Assembly (NCBI GenBank): GCA_963848295.1
Contig: CAWKDB010000010.1
Coordinates: 1,600,001-1,664,000 of the forward strand
Length of the DNA: 64,000 nucleotides
From: an uncultured delta proteobacterium
Lineage (GTDB): Bacteria; Myxococcota_A; Polyangia; Haliangiales; Haliangiaceae
Reading direction: 5' to 3'
The position numbers were made by a program, and so were the translations under genes. Below are positions 48,848-58,208 of the stretch, piece after piece. The number at the start of each line of letters is the position of its first letter. Position 1 is the first letter of the stretch. Below the pieces are notes generated by a model, which made no database searches, was not told the DNA's origin, and saw only the letters and a list, made by a program, of their open reading frames with translations.

Positions 48848-51745
48848 ATGAGTCGCCTCGCGCTGTCGATCGCATTGGGTTCGGCCCTGTTCGCCGCCTG
48901 TACCGGGAGCGACGAGGACCGATTTCCGGGGCAGACTAGCTTCGTCTCGGCGCCTCCGAGTTGGTACACGTTTGGAGAGACCGATGGCGTCGGCGGTACT
49001 GCCGGCGCCGGATCGGCGGCCGGTGGCACCGACACGACCTCCGGCACGGCGCGCACGGTCGAAGAGACCGACCTGTACCGGCTCGACGGCAACCGGCTGT
49101 ACTACCTCAACGCGTTTCGCGGCTTGATGGTGTTCGACGTCACCGACGTCGACCATCCCGCGTTGCTCGGTCGCTCGCCGATCTACGGCTCGCCGGTCGA
49201 CATGGTCGTCAACAACGGCATCGCGATCGTCGTCGTCGCCGACTGGTACGGCACGCTCGACGACGGCACGCCATTTCGCGGCTCGATCGTGCGCGGCCTC
49301 GATGCGACCGACCCGACGAACATCAAGTCGCTCGGCGATGCGAAGCTCGGCGGTTGGGTCCAAGACGATCGCGTCGTCGGCAACGTGATCTACGCGGTGA
49401 GCGAAGACTACGGCTGGAACTACGGTTGGTACGCCAACGGCAGCGGTGAGAACGTCGAGCAAGTGATCGTGTCGTCGGTCAGCTTCGCAAACAACACGAT
49501 CAAGAGCGTCAGCCAAGTGTCATTGCCCGGCTACGCCGGCATCTTCAACGTCACGCCGAATTCGATCATGCTCGCGCACGACCTGATCGACGCGAACGAT
49601 CGCGACACCGGGCGCACGGCGCTGCTCTATCTCGACATCTCCGATCCGAACGGCGCGATCGTGCAGCGCGGCTCGATCTCGGTCGACGGCATGGTCGAGG
49701 GCTGGGGCGCCGACAACGGCCGATGGAACCTCGACTTCGCCGACGGCGCGACCGCGCACGTCATCGGCTGCGGCGGCGAGAGCTACTGCGACGACGAGAC
49801 CGGCTTCATCCTCTCGACGGTCGACTTCACGAACCCGGATCGTCCGGCGCTCGCGTCGCAGCTCGATATCCCGGCGACCGGTTGGACGGCAGCAGCTCGG
49901 TTCGATAGCGGGCGGATGTACCTGTCGCCGGACAGCGGCTGGAGCAGTGGCTCGACCCCATTCCAGGTCTACGACCTGACCGTGCCGACGAAGCCGGCGC
50001 TCGCCGGCACCGTCACGATCCCGGGCGATGTGTGGAACATCTTGCCCGCGCCGCAGCAGCGGCTGTTCGCGCTCGGCAGCTCGGATGGACCCGGCGAAGG
50101 CGACGCGGTGACGCTGACCTATCTCGACGTCACGAACCCCGCCGCGCCCGTCCGGCTCGGCACCTCGCAGTTCGGTCAAGGCTGGGCGTGGACGCCGGCG
50201 ACCGACACGTTCAAGGCGTTCACGATGGACGCGACCAAGGGCCTCGTCGTGTTGCCGTTCGCCGGCTGGGATCAGACGCAACAGACGTACACCAACGGGC
50301 TGCAGCTGATCGAGTTCACGCCGACCACGCAGACGACGGCGAGCGCGGCGCGCACGAAGGGCTGGGTCGAGCGCGGCATCTTCGTCGGAAATCGCTTGGT
50401 GTCGCTGTCGGACATGTCGCTCGCGGTGGTCGACTACACGAATCCGATGGCGCCGACCGTCGTCACCGAGCTCACGCTCGCGCGCAACGTCGTCGCGTCG
50501 CGGCCGAGCACGTCGAACGGCGGCACGATCGCCGAGGTGTCGTCGGATTGGTGGGACAACGACGTCACGACATCGGAAGTACGCGTGCTGCCGATCGCGA
50601 ACGCCGAAGAGACCGCCGACGCGACCGGTGTGCCGACGCTCGACGTCCCCGGTGTCGACGCGAAGCTGTTCACGAACGGCAACCTGTCCTATGTCGTGAC
50701 CAACGTGCAGACGCCGTGCGCGGATTCGCAAGCCACCTGCCGTGCGCAGCGCGTCCAAGTCGTCGATCTGTCGAACGGGCTGGCGGTCCCTCGCGGATCG
50801 ATCAGCCTGCCGACCGACTCCTGGGGCTGGTACGGCTGGGGCTGGTACGGCTTCCTGTGGGACGACTGGTACCAGGGCTCCGAGGTCGTCCAGCTCGAAG
50901 GCGATGCGCTCGCGTTCCGCCGCTGGCAACCGGAGTACGACGCCAACCACAACTTCATCACCACGAACTCGTTGCTCTATCTCGTGGACCTGTCGAACCC
51001 CGACGCGCCGCACATCGCCTCGATCACGATCCAACCCGACCCGGCCGCGTGGTGGGGCGACATGCAGGTCGTCGGCGACACGCTCTACACCTCGCACTAC
51101 GAGTGGGTGCGCCAGCCGTCCAACGATGACGGCGGCCTCGTCAAATACTACATCGATGGCATCGACCTGAGCGACCGCGGCAACCCGCGCGTCCGCCACA
51201 AGATCAACGTGCCCGGCATGCTGGTCGGCGCGGATGCGAACGACCACGAGCTGCTCTACACCGTCGATTATCGCTGGGACGGCAACACGCCGAAGAACGA
51301 CTTCAACGTCGTGCGGATCTCCGGCGACACCGCGACGCTCCAGTCGACGACCCGAGTCAGCGGTTGGACCGGCACGCCGTTCATTCAGGGCACGACCGCG
51401 TACGTGTCGGCGCAGCGCTATCCCGATCCGAATAGTCCAAACGACTGGCCGGTGGTCGATCTGCACGCGATCGATGTCTCCGATCCGCAGCATCCCGTCG
51501 ACCATGTCGCCAGCGGTGGTTCCGGTTGGGGCTGGCTGCTCGCGGTCGAAGGCGATCGCTTGCTCGTGACCTCGGGCTGGGGGCCCGACGGCCTCGATAT
51601 CTACAAGCTCCCGGCCGGCCAGGCGCCGCAGTTCGAACAGACAGTGCGAGCCCGCGGTTGGTGGATCGACGGTGTCTCGCGGCAAGGCTCCCAGCTGTTC
51701 TTGTCGAGTGGTTACTGGGGCGTGCAGAGCGTCGGGCTCGAGTAA
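48848..51745 (+). CDS. Large beta-propeller lipoprotein
   Basis: Lipobox 'FAAC'; 'VEETDLY'; repeated 'vxDxsnPxxP' (LVIVD-like) blades. Confidence 0.75.
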   Translation: MSRLALSIALGSALFAACTGSDEDRFPGQTSFVSAPPSWYTFGETDGVGGTAGAGSAAGGTDTTSGTARTVEETDLYRLDGNRLYYLNAFRGLMVFDVTDVDHPALLGRSPIYGSPVDMVVNNGIAIVVVADWYGTLDDGTPFRGSIVRGLDATDPTNIKSLGDAKLGGWVQDDRVVGNVIYAVSEDYGWNYGWYANGSGENVEQVIVSSVSFANNTIKSVSQVSLPGYAGIFNVTPNSIMLAHDLIDANDRDTGRTALLYLDISDPNGAIVQRGSISVDGMVEGWGADNGRWNLDFADGATAHVIGCGGESYCDDETGFILSTVDFTNPDRPALASQLDIPATGWTAAARFDSGRMYLSPDSGWSSGSTPFQVYDLTVPTKPALAGTVTIPGDVWNILPAPQQRLFALGSSDGPGEGDAVTLTYLDVTNPAAPVRLGTSQFGQGWAWTPATDTFKAFTMDATKGLVVLPFAGWDQTQQTYTNGLQLIEFTPTTQTTASAARTKGWVERGIFVGNRLVSLSDMSLAVVDYTNPMAPTVVTELTLARNVVASRPSTSNGGTIAEVSSDWWDNDVTTSEVRVLPIANAEETADATGVPTLDVPGVDAKLFTNGNLSYVVTNVQTPCADSQATCRAQRVQVVDLSNGLAVPRGSISLPTDSWGWYGWGWYGFLWDDWYQGSEVVQLEGDALAFRRWQPEYDANHNFITTNSLLYLVDLSNPDAPHIASITIQPDPAAWWGDMQVVGDTLYTSHYEWVRQPSNDDGGLVKYYIDGIDLSDRGNPRVRHKINVPGMLVGADANDHELLYTVDYRWDGNTPKNDFNVVRISGDTATLQSTTRVSGWTGTPFIQGTTAYVSAQRYPDPNSPNDWPVVDLHAIDVSDPQHPVDHVASGGSGWGWLLAVEGDRLLVTSGWGPDGLDIYKLPAGQAPQFEQTVRARGWWIDGVSRQGSQLFLSSGYWGVQSVGLE

Positions 51746-51800
51746 CCGCGCAGGTGAATCGGCGCCCGGTCGACGCCCCGCCGAAGCCGGCGACGTGAGC

Positions 51801-52640
51801 TCAACGCAGCTCGTCGAGCGCGCTCGCGACGTTATCGATCGCGTGTACGATCTTGTTCGCACGTGGATCATCCGACGCTACGCGGTGGACGCGATCGAGC
51901 GTCGTCTTCTGCGCCTCGCCCGCCTGCGCGCCGTCGAGCATCGCCGCCCAGATCCGTTCTGAGGCCGCGACGTGCGCACGATCGAAGTCCGACGCCTTCG
52001 CGGCCGAGCCGAGCGCCGCCATCCGCGCTTCGACTTCCTTATGGCCCTCCGGCGTTAGCAAATACTCGCCTTGCCGTTTGTTGTACTGCGCCGCGGCCGC
52101 GACGATCCGGACGAGCTCGCCGTCTGGGCGCGCGACCGGTGGCGTCGGGTGTTGCTCTTCGGCTGCTTGGTCGCGCACTCGCTTCAGCAGCCAAGCACCG
52201 ACCAAGGGCTCGAGAAGGTTGCCGCCTTCACCGATCAACCGCTCCCCGAGGTACGTACCGGCGCGCACCCCATCGCCGCCCGCACGGATCGCGAGCGAGC
52301 CGAGCGTGTGCATCCGCACCGGGTCGTCGCCGGAGAGCGCCGACACCGGCGGCAGCCCACCTTTCGCGCGTGACCACGTCACGAGGTCGACGACCGCGTC
52401 ACTGCCGTTCGGGAACGCGTTGAGTGGAGCGGCCGGGTTCGTGTCGAGAACGTCCTGCCATGCTCGCTCGTTCGCCGCGACGATCGCGAGCGCGGCGACG
52501 AGATCCTCGGTCGGGCCGGGCGCGACCGTCGGCCTCGCGAGCTCGGCGATGTGCGCCCACGCGGCCTCACTCGGGGGCGGCGAACGCGGCTCGGTACTGC
52601 CGCAGCCGAACACGACGAGGACCGCGAGCGCGCGAGTCAT
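51801..52640 (-). CDS. Hypothetical lipoprotein
   Basis: Lipobox 'VFGC'; protein-like 279 aa ORF. Confidence 0.65.
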   Translation of the reverse strand: MTRALAVLVVFGCGSTEPRSPPPSEAAWAHIAELARPTVAPGPTEDLVAALAIVAANERAWQDVLDTNPAAPLNAFPNGSDAVVDLVTWSRAKGGLPPVSALSGDDPVRMHTLGSLAIRAGGDGVRAGTYLGERLIGEGGNLLEPLVGAWLLKRVRDQAAEEQHPTPPVARPDGELVRIVAAAAQYNKRQGEYLLTPEGHKEVEARMAALGSAAKASDFDRAHVAASERIWAAMLDGAQAGEAQKTTLDRVHRVASDDPRANKIVHAIDNVASALDELR

Positions 52641-52662
52641 TGGGCGAAGCTAACACGTCAGC

Positions 52663-53751
52663 TCAGCGCCTCCAGCGCAGCACGTCGACGGTCGCCGGGG
52701 CCTGACTCGACAGCGGCTCGATCATCAAGTGTGGATGGCCCATGTGGATCACGAGGTCCCAGCCGTCGAGCTGCCCGTCGGGACCGCCGTGAAGCGGTCC
52801 GTCGGGGTCGCTGCGGTCCTCCCACAGCGCCGCGACGTGGTCGAAGTCGCGCGGCGTGTGATGCGCGAGCTCGCCGCCGTAATCGATCCGGATCAAGTCG
52901 CCGCGTTGCACGCCGGTGATCGGATGCGCCGGGATGCCGTCGTCGTCGAGCGCGGTCGGGCCGGCGACCCGGGTCGTGTATGCCGGCAACCCCGCGACGT
53001 TCGTGTACGCCAGGCCGCGACCCGTGCGGCGTAGCGCACCGACCATGACATCCGCGCAGTCGGCGCCGGTGAAGCGATCGGTTTGATGATCGCGTCCGTT
53101 GCCGGCCGAGCCGAAGACCTCCGGAACTTGAAGATACGCGGTCAGCCAGCCGAGGAAGTCATCGCCCATGCGAATCGAAACGCGGTGCACCGAGGGCGAG
53201 ATGCCCGCGGTGTTGATGGCCTCGGCGCCGGGGCTGACGAGGTGCGTGCCGTCGTCGAGCTCGACGTCGACCTTGTAGCGGATCGTGCCGAGCCCGGGCA
53301 GCACCATGTCGGTGGTATCGACCGTCGCTGGAATGATCGGCTGATCGATGGTCAACGCGCGCTCGAAGTAGTCGATGTGGTCGTAGCCGAGCCACTTGCC
53401 GAACGTCTTCGGCTCGGTCGAGACGTTGCTGTAGAAGTCGCTCGTCGCGCCGTTCGCCGCGGGGTGCGCGCGAAAGCCGTGCGGCTCGACGGTCGACCAA
53501 TGCTGCTTCGCGCCGACCAGTGGAGAGAGCCTCACCGGCTTGCCGTCGATGTGCACGTCGGTGACGCCTTCGGGTGCGAAGCCGCGATGGTTGCGAATCA
53601 CGACGACCGAAAGCTGAGCCTTCTGATCCGAGCGGGCGAGCGTCGGCGCGTCGGTCCACGGCCCATCGCCGACACGGCCGATCACGACGGCTCGATCCGC
53701 AAACGCGGTCGTCGCGACAAACAGCAGCAAGAGCGAGAGCACGCGCCGCAT
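52663..53751 (-). CDS. Secreted protein with C-terminal NlpC/P60-like (papain-fold) motifs
   Basis: Signal peptide; 'GADCAD', 'GDLI', 'DHVA', 'VIHMG'. Confidence 0.55.
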   Translation of the reverse strand: MRRVLSLLLLFVATTAFADRAVVIGRVGDGPWTDAPTLARSDQKAQLSVVVIRNHRGFAPEGVTDVHIDGKPVRLSPLVGAKQHWSTVEPHGFRAHPAANGATSDFYSNVSTEPKTFGKWLGYDHIDYFERALTIDQPIIPATVDTTDMVLPGLGTIRYKVDVELDDGTHLVSPGAEAINTAGISPSVHRVSIRMGDDFLGWLTAYLQVPEVFGSAGNGRDHQTDRFTGADCADVMVGALRRTGRGLAYTNVAGLPAYTTRVAGPTALDDDGIPAHPITGVQRGDLIRIDYGGELAHHTPRDFDHVAALWEDRSDPDGPLHGGPDGQLDGWDLVIHMGHPHLMIEPLSSQAPATVDVLRWRR

Positions 53752-53838
53752 TCAGGGCCAACGCGCGACCTCCCCGGGCTATTCGCACGCAACACCCGGG
53801 GACGGTGGAACCTTTGTCAACGTTGTCCGGTCCCCCGG

Positions 53839-54858
53839 TCAGAAGCTCGGCAGCTCGGTCGGCTCGGGCGCAGCGGCGCGGCCCTGGGTGCTGACGCGAT
53901 AGGCCTGGTTGCGCGCTCGCATGATGTTGCCGAGCGGGCGCAGATCCTCGCGCGCGTGCCACGGATCGAACGACAGCGTCTCGATGTACTCGCCGATCTT
54001 GCGACCGCGCGGCGACGTCACGTCTTGCACCGGCAGGGTCAGCTTGCCGATCGTCACGAACGGCGCGTCCGCGACCCTCCACTCGACCGACGCGTCCTCG
54101 ATCGGTGTGCGCGTCGCATCTTGATAGAACTGGATGCGCAGATCGTAGATGACCGAGCTTTCGCGCAGCCGCGCCGCGAGCGCGTCGCCCAGCGCGTTCG
54201 GCTCCTTGCCAGTAGCGACCGAGACCGGATCGTGCGGCACGAACGCGAAGTGCACCGCATACGGACCGTACTTGCTCGGCAACGCGCTGTAGTACGCGGT
54301 CGCCGCGAGTGGCGCGGTCGGCGGCTTGAGCCCCGCGAGCACGCTCTTGAGCAAACCGATACCGCGGCCGAGGCCGAGTGCACCGATCACCTTGAACGGC
54401 GCGAGCGCGGCGGGTTGCGCGGCCCGGACGAGCTTGACGAACTCGTCCGCATTGCGCATCGGCACCGACGGCGTGCGGATCGCGAGAAAGTCTTGCGTCG
54501 TCGCATCCTCGAGCCCCGGAATCAGCTTCTTGCCGGCGACGCCGAGCACCTTGACCGCGATGCCGCGCACGTCGGGCTTCGTGTCTGATTGGCGCCGAGG
54601 AGCTCCGTTCGAGTAGCGCACGAGCGCGCGATAGGTCTTCGGCTCCGCGAACATCCCGAGCTTCGCGTCGGTCGGGACATCGCCGACCACCTCGAATTCC
54701 GCCTCGACCCCGAGGTTCGCTTTCGCGTGCAGCGCGCGATCCACGACGCCACCATGCGCGCGACTCTGCTGCATCTCACCGAGCATCGTGGCGTAGCGCT
54801 CGAACCGCGCGGCCTCGTCGTCGGGGATCTGTTCTTTCCAATCGGTCGCCGGTGGCAT
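53839..54858 (-). CDS. Short catalase-related heme protein
   Basis: 'RALHAK', 'RYSNG', 'DVRGIAVK', 'QDF', 'LSFDPWH', 'RPLGNIMRARNQAY'. Confidence 0.8.
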   Translation of the reverse strand: MPPATDWKEQIPDDEAARFERYATMLGEMQQSRAHGGVVDRALHAKANLGVEAEFEVVGDVPTDAKLGMFAEPKTYRALVRYSNGAPRRQSDTKPDVRGIAVKVLGVAGKKLIPGLEDATTQDFLAIRTPSVPMRNADEFVKLVRAAQPAALAPFKVIGALGLGRGIGLLKSVLAGLKPPTAPLAATAYYSALPSKYGPYAVHFAFVPHDPVSVATGKEPNALGDALAARLRESSVIYDLRIQFYQDATRTPIEDASVEWRVADAPFVTIGKLTLPVQDVTSPRGRKIGEYIETLSFDPWHAREDLRPLGNIMRARNQAYRVSTQGRAAAPEPTELPSF

Positions 54859-54877
54859 GGCGCGAGCGTCGCACGAT

Positions 54878-55825
54878 CTACGGTGCGACCACCGTCGCCA
54901 ACGCTCGGTATTGCTCCGCGTAGTCGCCGGTCGTCGCAGCGGCCCATCGCCGATATCTCGTTGCTGCGGTCATGCGCAGCTTCGCCGGGACGGCGTTCAG
55001 CAGCGCGACTCGCCCGGACACGTCGGGCTTGCCGTTCCAGTCCTGCACGAGGAACTGATGGAGCAGGCTGACGTAGTTCGACATCGGCTTCGCGCTACCG
55101 GCGAGCGACGCGGCGAGGAGGCTCCGCACGACGAGCGCGTTCGGGGCATCGCCGCCCCGCGCGAGCTCGAACACGTGCTGGTCGTACAGCGCCCACGTAT
55201 CTCGCTTCCCGGCGTCGACCGCGGCCGTGGCGATCACGTCGGCGATCGCCGCGGCGACCTCGGCGCGGGTCAACGCGGTCTTCGACTCGAGCGCGGCCCG
55301 CGCGAAGGCCTCGCCGATCGGATGCGGCGAGTGCAGCGCGTCGGTCACGAGCTCTGCCATCGATCGCGTCGTGTCGACGCAGCGCGCGAGGTCCTGGACT
55401 TCATCAGCCGCGGCGTCGGCGACTTGCACCACTGCGAGCGGTGTCCACGTGTGGTCGTCGCGCGCCAGCAAGAACACGAGCAGGTCGCCGCGGTGAAACG
55501 CGAGCTCTTGCCACTGATCGTGGAACGCGCGCGCCTTGTCGATCGGCCGCTGGTAGTGCAGCTGCTTCGTGAACGGCAGCTCGAGCGCATCGCCGGCCTT
55601 GAGCGGCCCGCGCAGCGCGCGATCGACCTCGAGCCGCAGCCGGGATGGCACCTCGCCTTTGGCGTTGGCGTGCCCCGAAACGACGCCTTCGACCCGGGCC
55701 AGCACTACCGGCGTCGCCGGATCGAGCAGCATCGGGCCGAAGTCGACGTCCCACAGCAGCTGGACCGGCTCGGCCGACGCCGGCGCGCTCGCGATCACGA
55801 ACGCCGCGATGACGAGCCTCCGCAC
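54878..55825 (-). CDS. Hypothetical secreted protein
   Basis: Signal peptide ending 'APASA'; 315 aa. Confidence 0.6.
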   Translation of the reverse strand: MRRLVIAAFVIASAPASAEPVQLLWDVDFGPMLLDPATPVVLARVEGVVSGHANAKGEVPSRLRLEVDRALRGPLKAGDALELPFTKQLHYQRPIDKARAFHDQWQELAFHRGDLLVFLLARDDHTWTPLAVVQVADAAADEVQDLARCVDTTRSMAELVTDALHSPHPIGEAFARAALESKTALTRAEVAAAIADVIATAAVDAGKRDTWALYDQHVFELARGGDAPNALVVRSLLAASLAGSAKPMSNYVSLLHQFLVQDWNGKPDVSGRVALLNAVPAKLRMTAATRYRRWAAATTGDYAEQYRALATVVAP

Positions 55826-55840
55826 CCATCCGAGTCTAGC

Positions 55841-56257
55841 TCACGCGACGTACGGCCACAGGATGTACAGCGCGCCCATCGCGATCGCGAACAGGCCGCA
55901 CGTGCCTTGATACGGCGCGAGCTTCGCGCGGATCTCGGTGCCGCGAGCTTCGGCAGCCGGGTTCTTGGACAGCGCGTACTTCGTGATCAGGCCAAAGCCG
56001 AGCAGGAAGCCAACCAGCAGGTCGGCGACGCCGGACGCCAGCCAGAACGTCCAGAACAGCGGCATCGCCTTCAAGAGGCCGAGGTGCGTGACGCAATCGA
56101 TCACCGCCCACACGCCCCAGAAGAACATGACGATGCCGATCCAGCCCTGATACGGCGTGAGCTTGTTGATCAGCTCCTTCGCGTTCGGCTTGCGCGCGAT
56201 GATGAGAGCCGAGGCCGCGAGAATTCCGCCAGCGATCGTGATGAGACCTGCGAACAT
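55841..56257 (-). CDS. Hypothetical membrane protein (about 4 TM)
   Basis: AGGAG ribosome-binding site upstream; hydrophobic segments. Confidence 0.75.
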   Translation of the reverse strand: MFAGLITIAGGILAASALIIARKPNAKELINKLTPYQGWIGIVMFFWGVWAVIDCVTHLGLLKAMPLFWTFWLASGVADLLVGFLLGFGLITKYALSKNPAAEARGTEIRAKLAPYQGTCGLFAIAMGALYILWPYVA

Positions 56258-56382
56258 GGAGTTGCTCCTTGAGAGGTTGAGGCCCGACCCAAGAGCAACT
56301 GCCGGTCCACGCGTAACCCCTTGTGTTTTCTCGGATCTGCGAGATGCTCACTACGCAAGAACTTGCGCGTTCGAGCAAGCCG

Positions 56383-58110
56383 ATGACCTCTCGCGACACC
56401 ACGCTCAAGAATCACGGCGATGTCGTGATGCACGCGCGGACCACGCTCGTCGTCTATCACCGCGACGGCGCGACGGTCGCGCACATGGACAAGGGCCGGC
56501 CGCTCGTCATCGGCCGCTCGGCGCCATCCGATGTCGAGATCAACGATCTCGGGCTATCGCGCCAGCACGCGCGCTTCACGTGGGACGACCACGGCATCTG
56601 GGTCGAGGATCTGCAGAGCACGAACGGCACGAAGAAGAACGGCGAGCGGATCACGCGCGCGAAGATCATGCCCGGCGACGAGGTCGCGGTCGGCCCGTTG
56701 CTCGTGTCGGTCCACATCGTGTCGTCGGTCGACGAGGACTTGCGCGGGTTCGACGGTCACGATCGGTTCGTCGCGGCGCTCGGGGACGAGATCACGCGCG
56801 CGCGCACGTTCGGCCGGCCGCTCGCGCTCATGCTCGTGCGCAGTACGAGCGCGACGAACGGTCATGTCAATCGCTGGGCGAATCGCCTGCGCGTCGCGTT
56901 GCGGCCGGTCGATCGCGTCGGCTTGTTCGGTCCGTCCGCGGTGCTGGTGTCGCTGCCCGAGGCGACCGCCGACGAGCTGCGGGCGTTGATGGCCAAGCTC
57001 GCGGCCGGCGATCCTCCGCTGCAATGCGGCGCCGTGACGTTTCCCACCGACGGTGGCTCGCCCGACGAGCTGATCGCGGCGCTGCAGGTCGCGAAGCGCT
57101 CGGATCGCGCCGCGCCGCGAGATCCGCTCGAAGCCTCGGCGGTGATCGTCAAGAACACCGCGATGAAGCAGGTGATGGCGACGGTCAAGCGGCTCGCCCA
57201 GTCGACGATCGCGGTGCTGATCCACGGCGAGACCGGCGCGGGCAAAGAGGTGATCGCGCGCGCGATCCACGACGGCAGCCCGCGCAAGAAGAAGCCGTTG
57301 CGCACGATCAACTGCGCGGCGATTCCCGGGATGTTGATCGAGAGCGTGTTGTTCGGCCACGAGCAAGGCGCGTTCACCGGCGCGGAGAAGTCGGCGCGCG
57401 GCATCTTCGAGCAAGCCGACGGCGGTACCGTGTTGCTCGACGAGATCGGCGAGCTCGCTCCGTCGGCGCAGGCGGCGCTGCTCCGCGTGCTCGAGACCAA
57501 GAGGGTGACGCGGGTCGGCGGCGACAAGGAGATCGCGGTCGACGTGCGCGTGATCGCGGCGACCCATCGCGATCTCGAGGCGATGGTCGCGGCCGGGCGG
57601 TTCCGCGAGGACTTGCTGTATCGCCTCAACACGATGACGCTGCGGATCCCGCCGCTGCGCGAGCGCATCGACGAGATCCGCGCCCTCGCCGAGCGATTCT
57701 TGAAGGACGCGAACGACCAAGCGGGCACGTCGGTCCGCGCGATCGATCCGCGCGCGATGACCGCGCTCGAGTCGTACAGCTGGCCCGGCAACGTCCGCGA
57801 GCTGCGCAACGCGATCGAGCGCGCAGTCGTGCTCGCCGAGGGCAACGCGATCACGCCCGCCGACCTCACCGATCGCATCACCGGCGGGGCGATGCGAGCG
57901 CAGACCGTCGATCCGGAAGCCGCCGAGCCCGCCGACATGCCGGCCGATCACAAGGAGCACCTGCGGCGCTACGAGGCGCAGCTGATCGTCAAGGCGCTGC
58001 ACAAGCACGACGGCAACCAGACCGAGGCCGCGAAGACGCTCGGGCTACCGCTGCGTACGCTCGTCCACAAGATCCAGACCTACGGCATCAAGAAGAAGTT
58101 CGATCATTGA
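56383..58110 (+). CDS. Sigma54-dependent activator with FHA and degenerate GGDEF-like domains
   Basis: FHA 'IGR..LSRQHA..DLQSTNGT'; 'GETGAGKE', 'GAFTGA', 'LLDEIG', 'WPGNVREL' and an HTH. The start could instead be 56344. Confidence 0.9.
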   Translation: MTSRDTTLKNHGDVVMHARTTLVVYHRDGATVAHMDKGRPLVIGRSAPSDVEINDLGLSRQHARFTWDDHGIWVEDLQSTNGTKKNGERITRAKIMPGDEVAVGPLLVSVHIVSSVDEDLRGFDGHDRFVAALGDEITRARTFGRPLALMLVRSTSATNGHVNRWANRLRVALRPVDRVGLFGPSAVLVSLPEATADELRALMAKLAAGDPPLQCGAVTFPTDGGSPDELIAALQVAKRSDRAAPRDPLEASAVIVKNTAMKQVMATVKRLAQSTIAVLIHGETGAGKEVIARAIHDGSPRKKKPLRTINCAAIPGMLIESVLFGHEQGAFTGAEKSARGIFEQADGGTVLLDEIGELAPSAQAALLRVLETKRVTRVGGDKEIAVDVRVIAATHRDLEAMVAAGRFREDLLYRLNTMTLRIPPLRERIDEIRALAERFLKDANDQAGTSVRAIDPRAMTALESYSWPGNVRELRNAIERAVVLAEGNAITPADLTDRITGGAMRAQTVDPEAAEPADMPADHKEHLRRYEAQLIVKALHKHDGNQTEAAKTLGLPLRTLVHKIQTYGIKKKFDH

Positions 58111-58179
58111 GCTGCGCGATCACGCAGGTTCTTGCGTACGCGATGTGAGCCCGGTCGAGCGATGTCGGTCGGTTACCGG

Positions 58180-58195
58180 CGGCAACCGCCTTGCA
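58180..58195 (+). promoter_or_regulatory. Putative sigma54 -24/-12 promoter
   Basis: CGGCAACCGCCTTGCA, with 14 nt between the GC and ATG 58209. Confidence 0.65.
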
Positions 58196-58208
58196 CTCAC
58201 GGTGTGCG

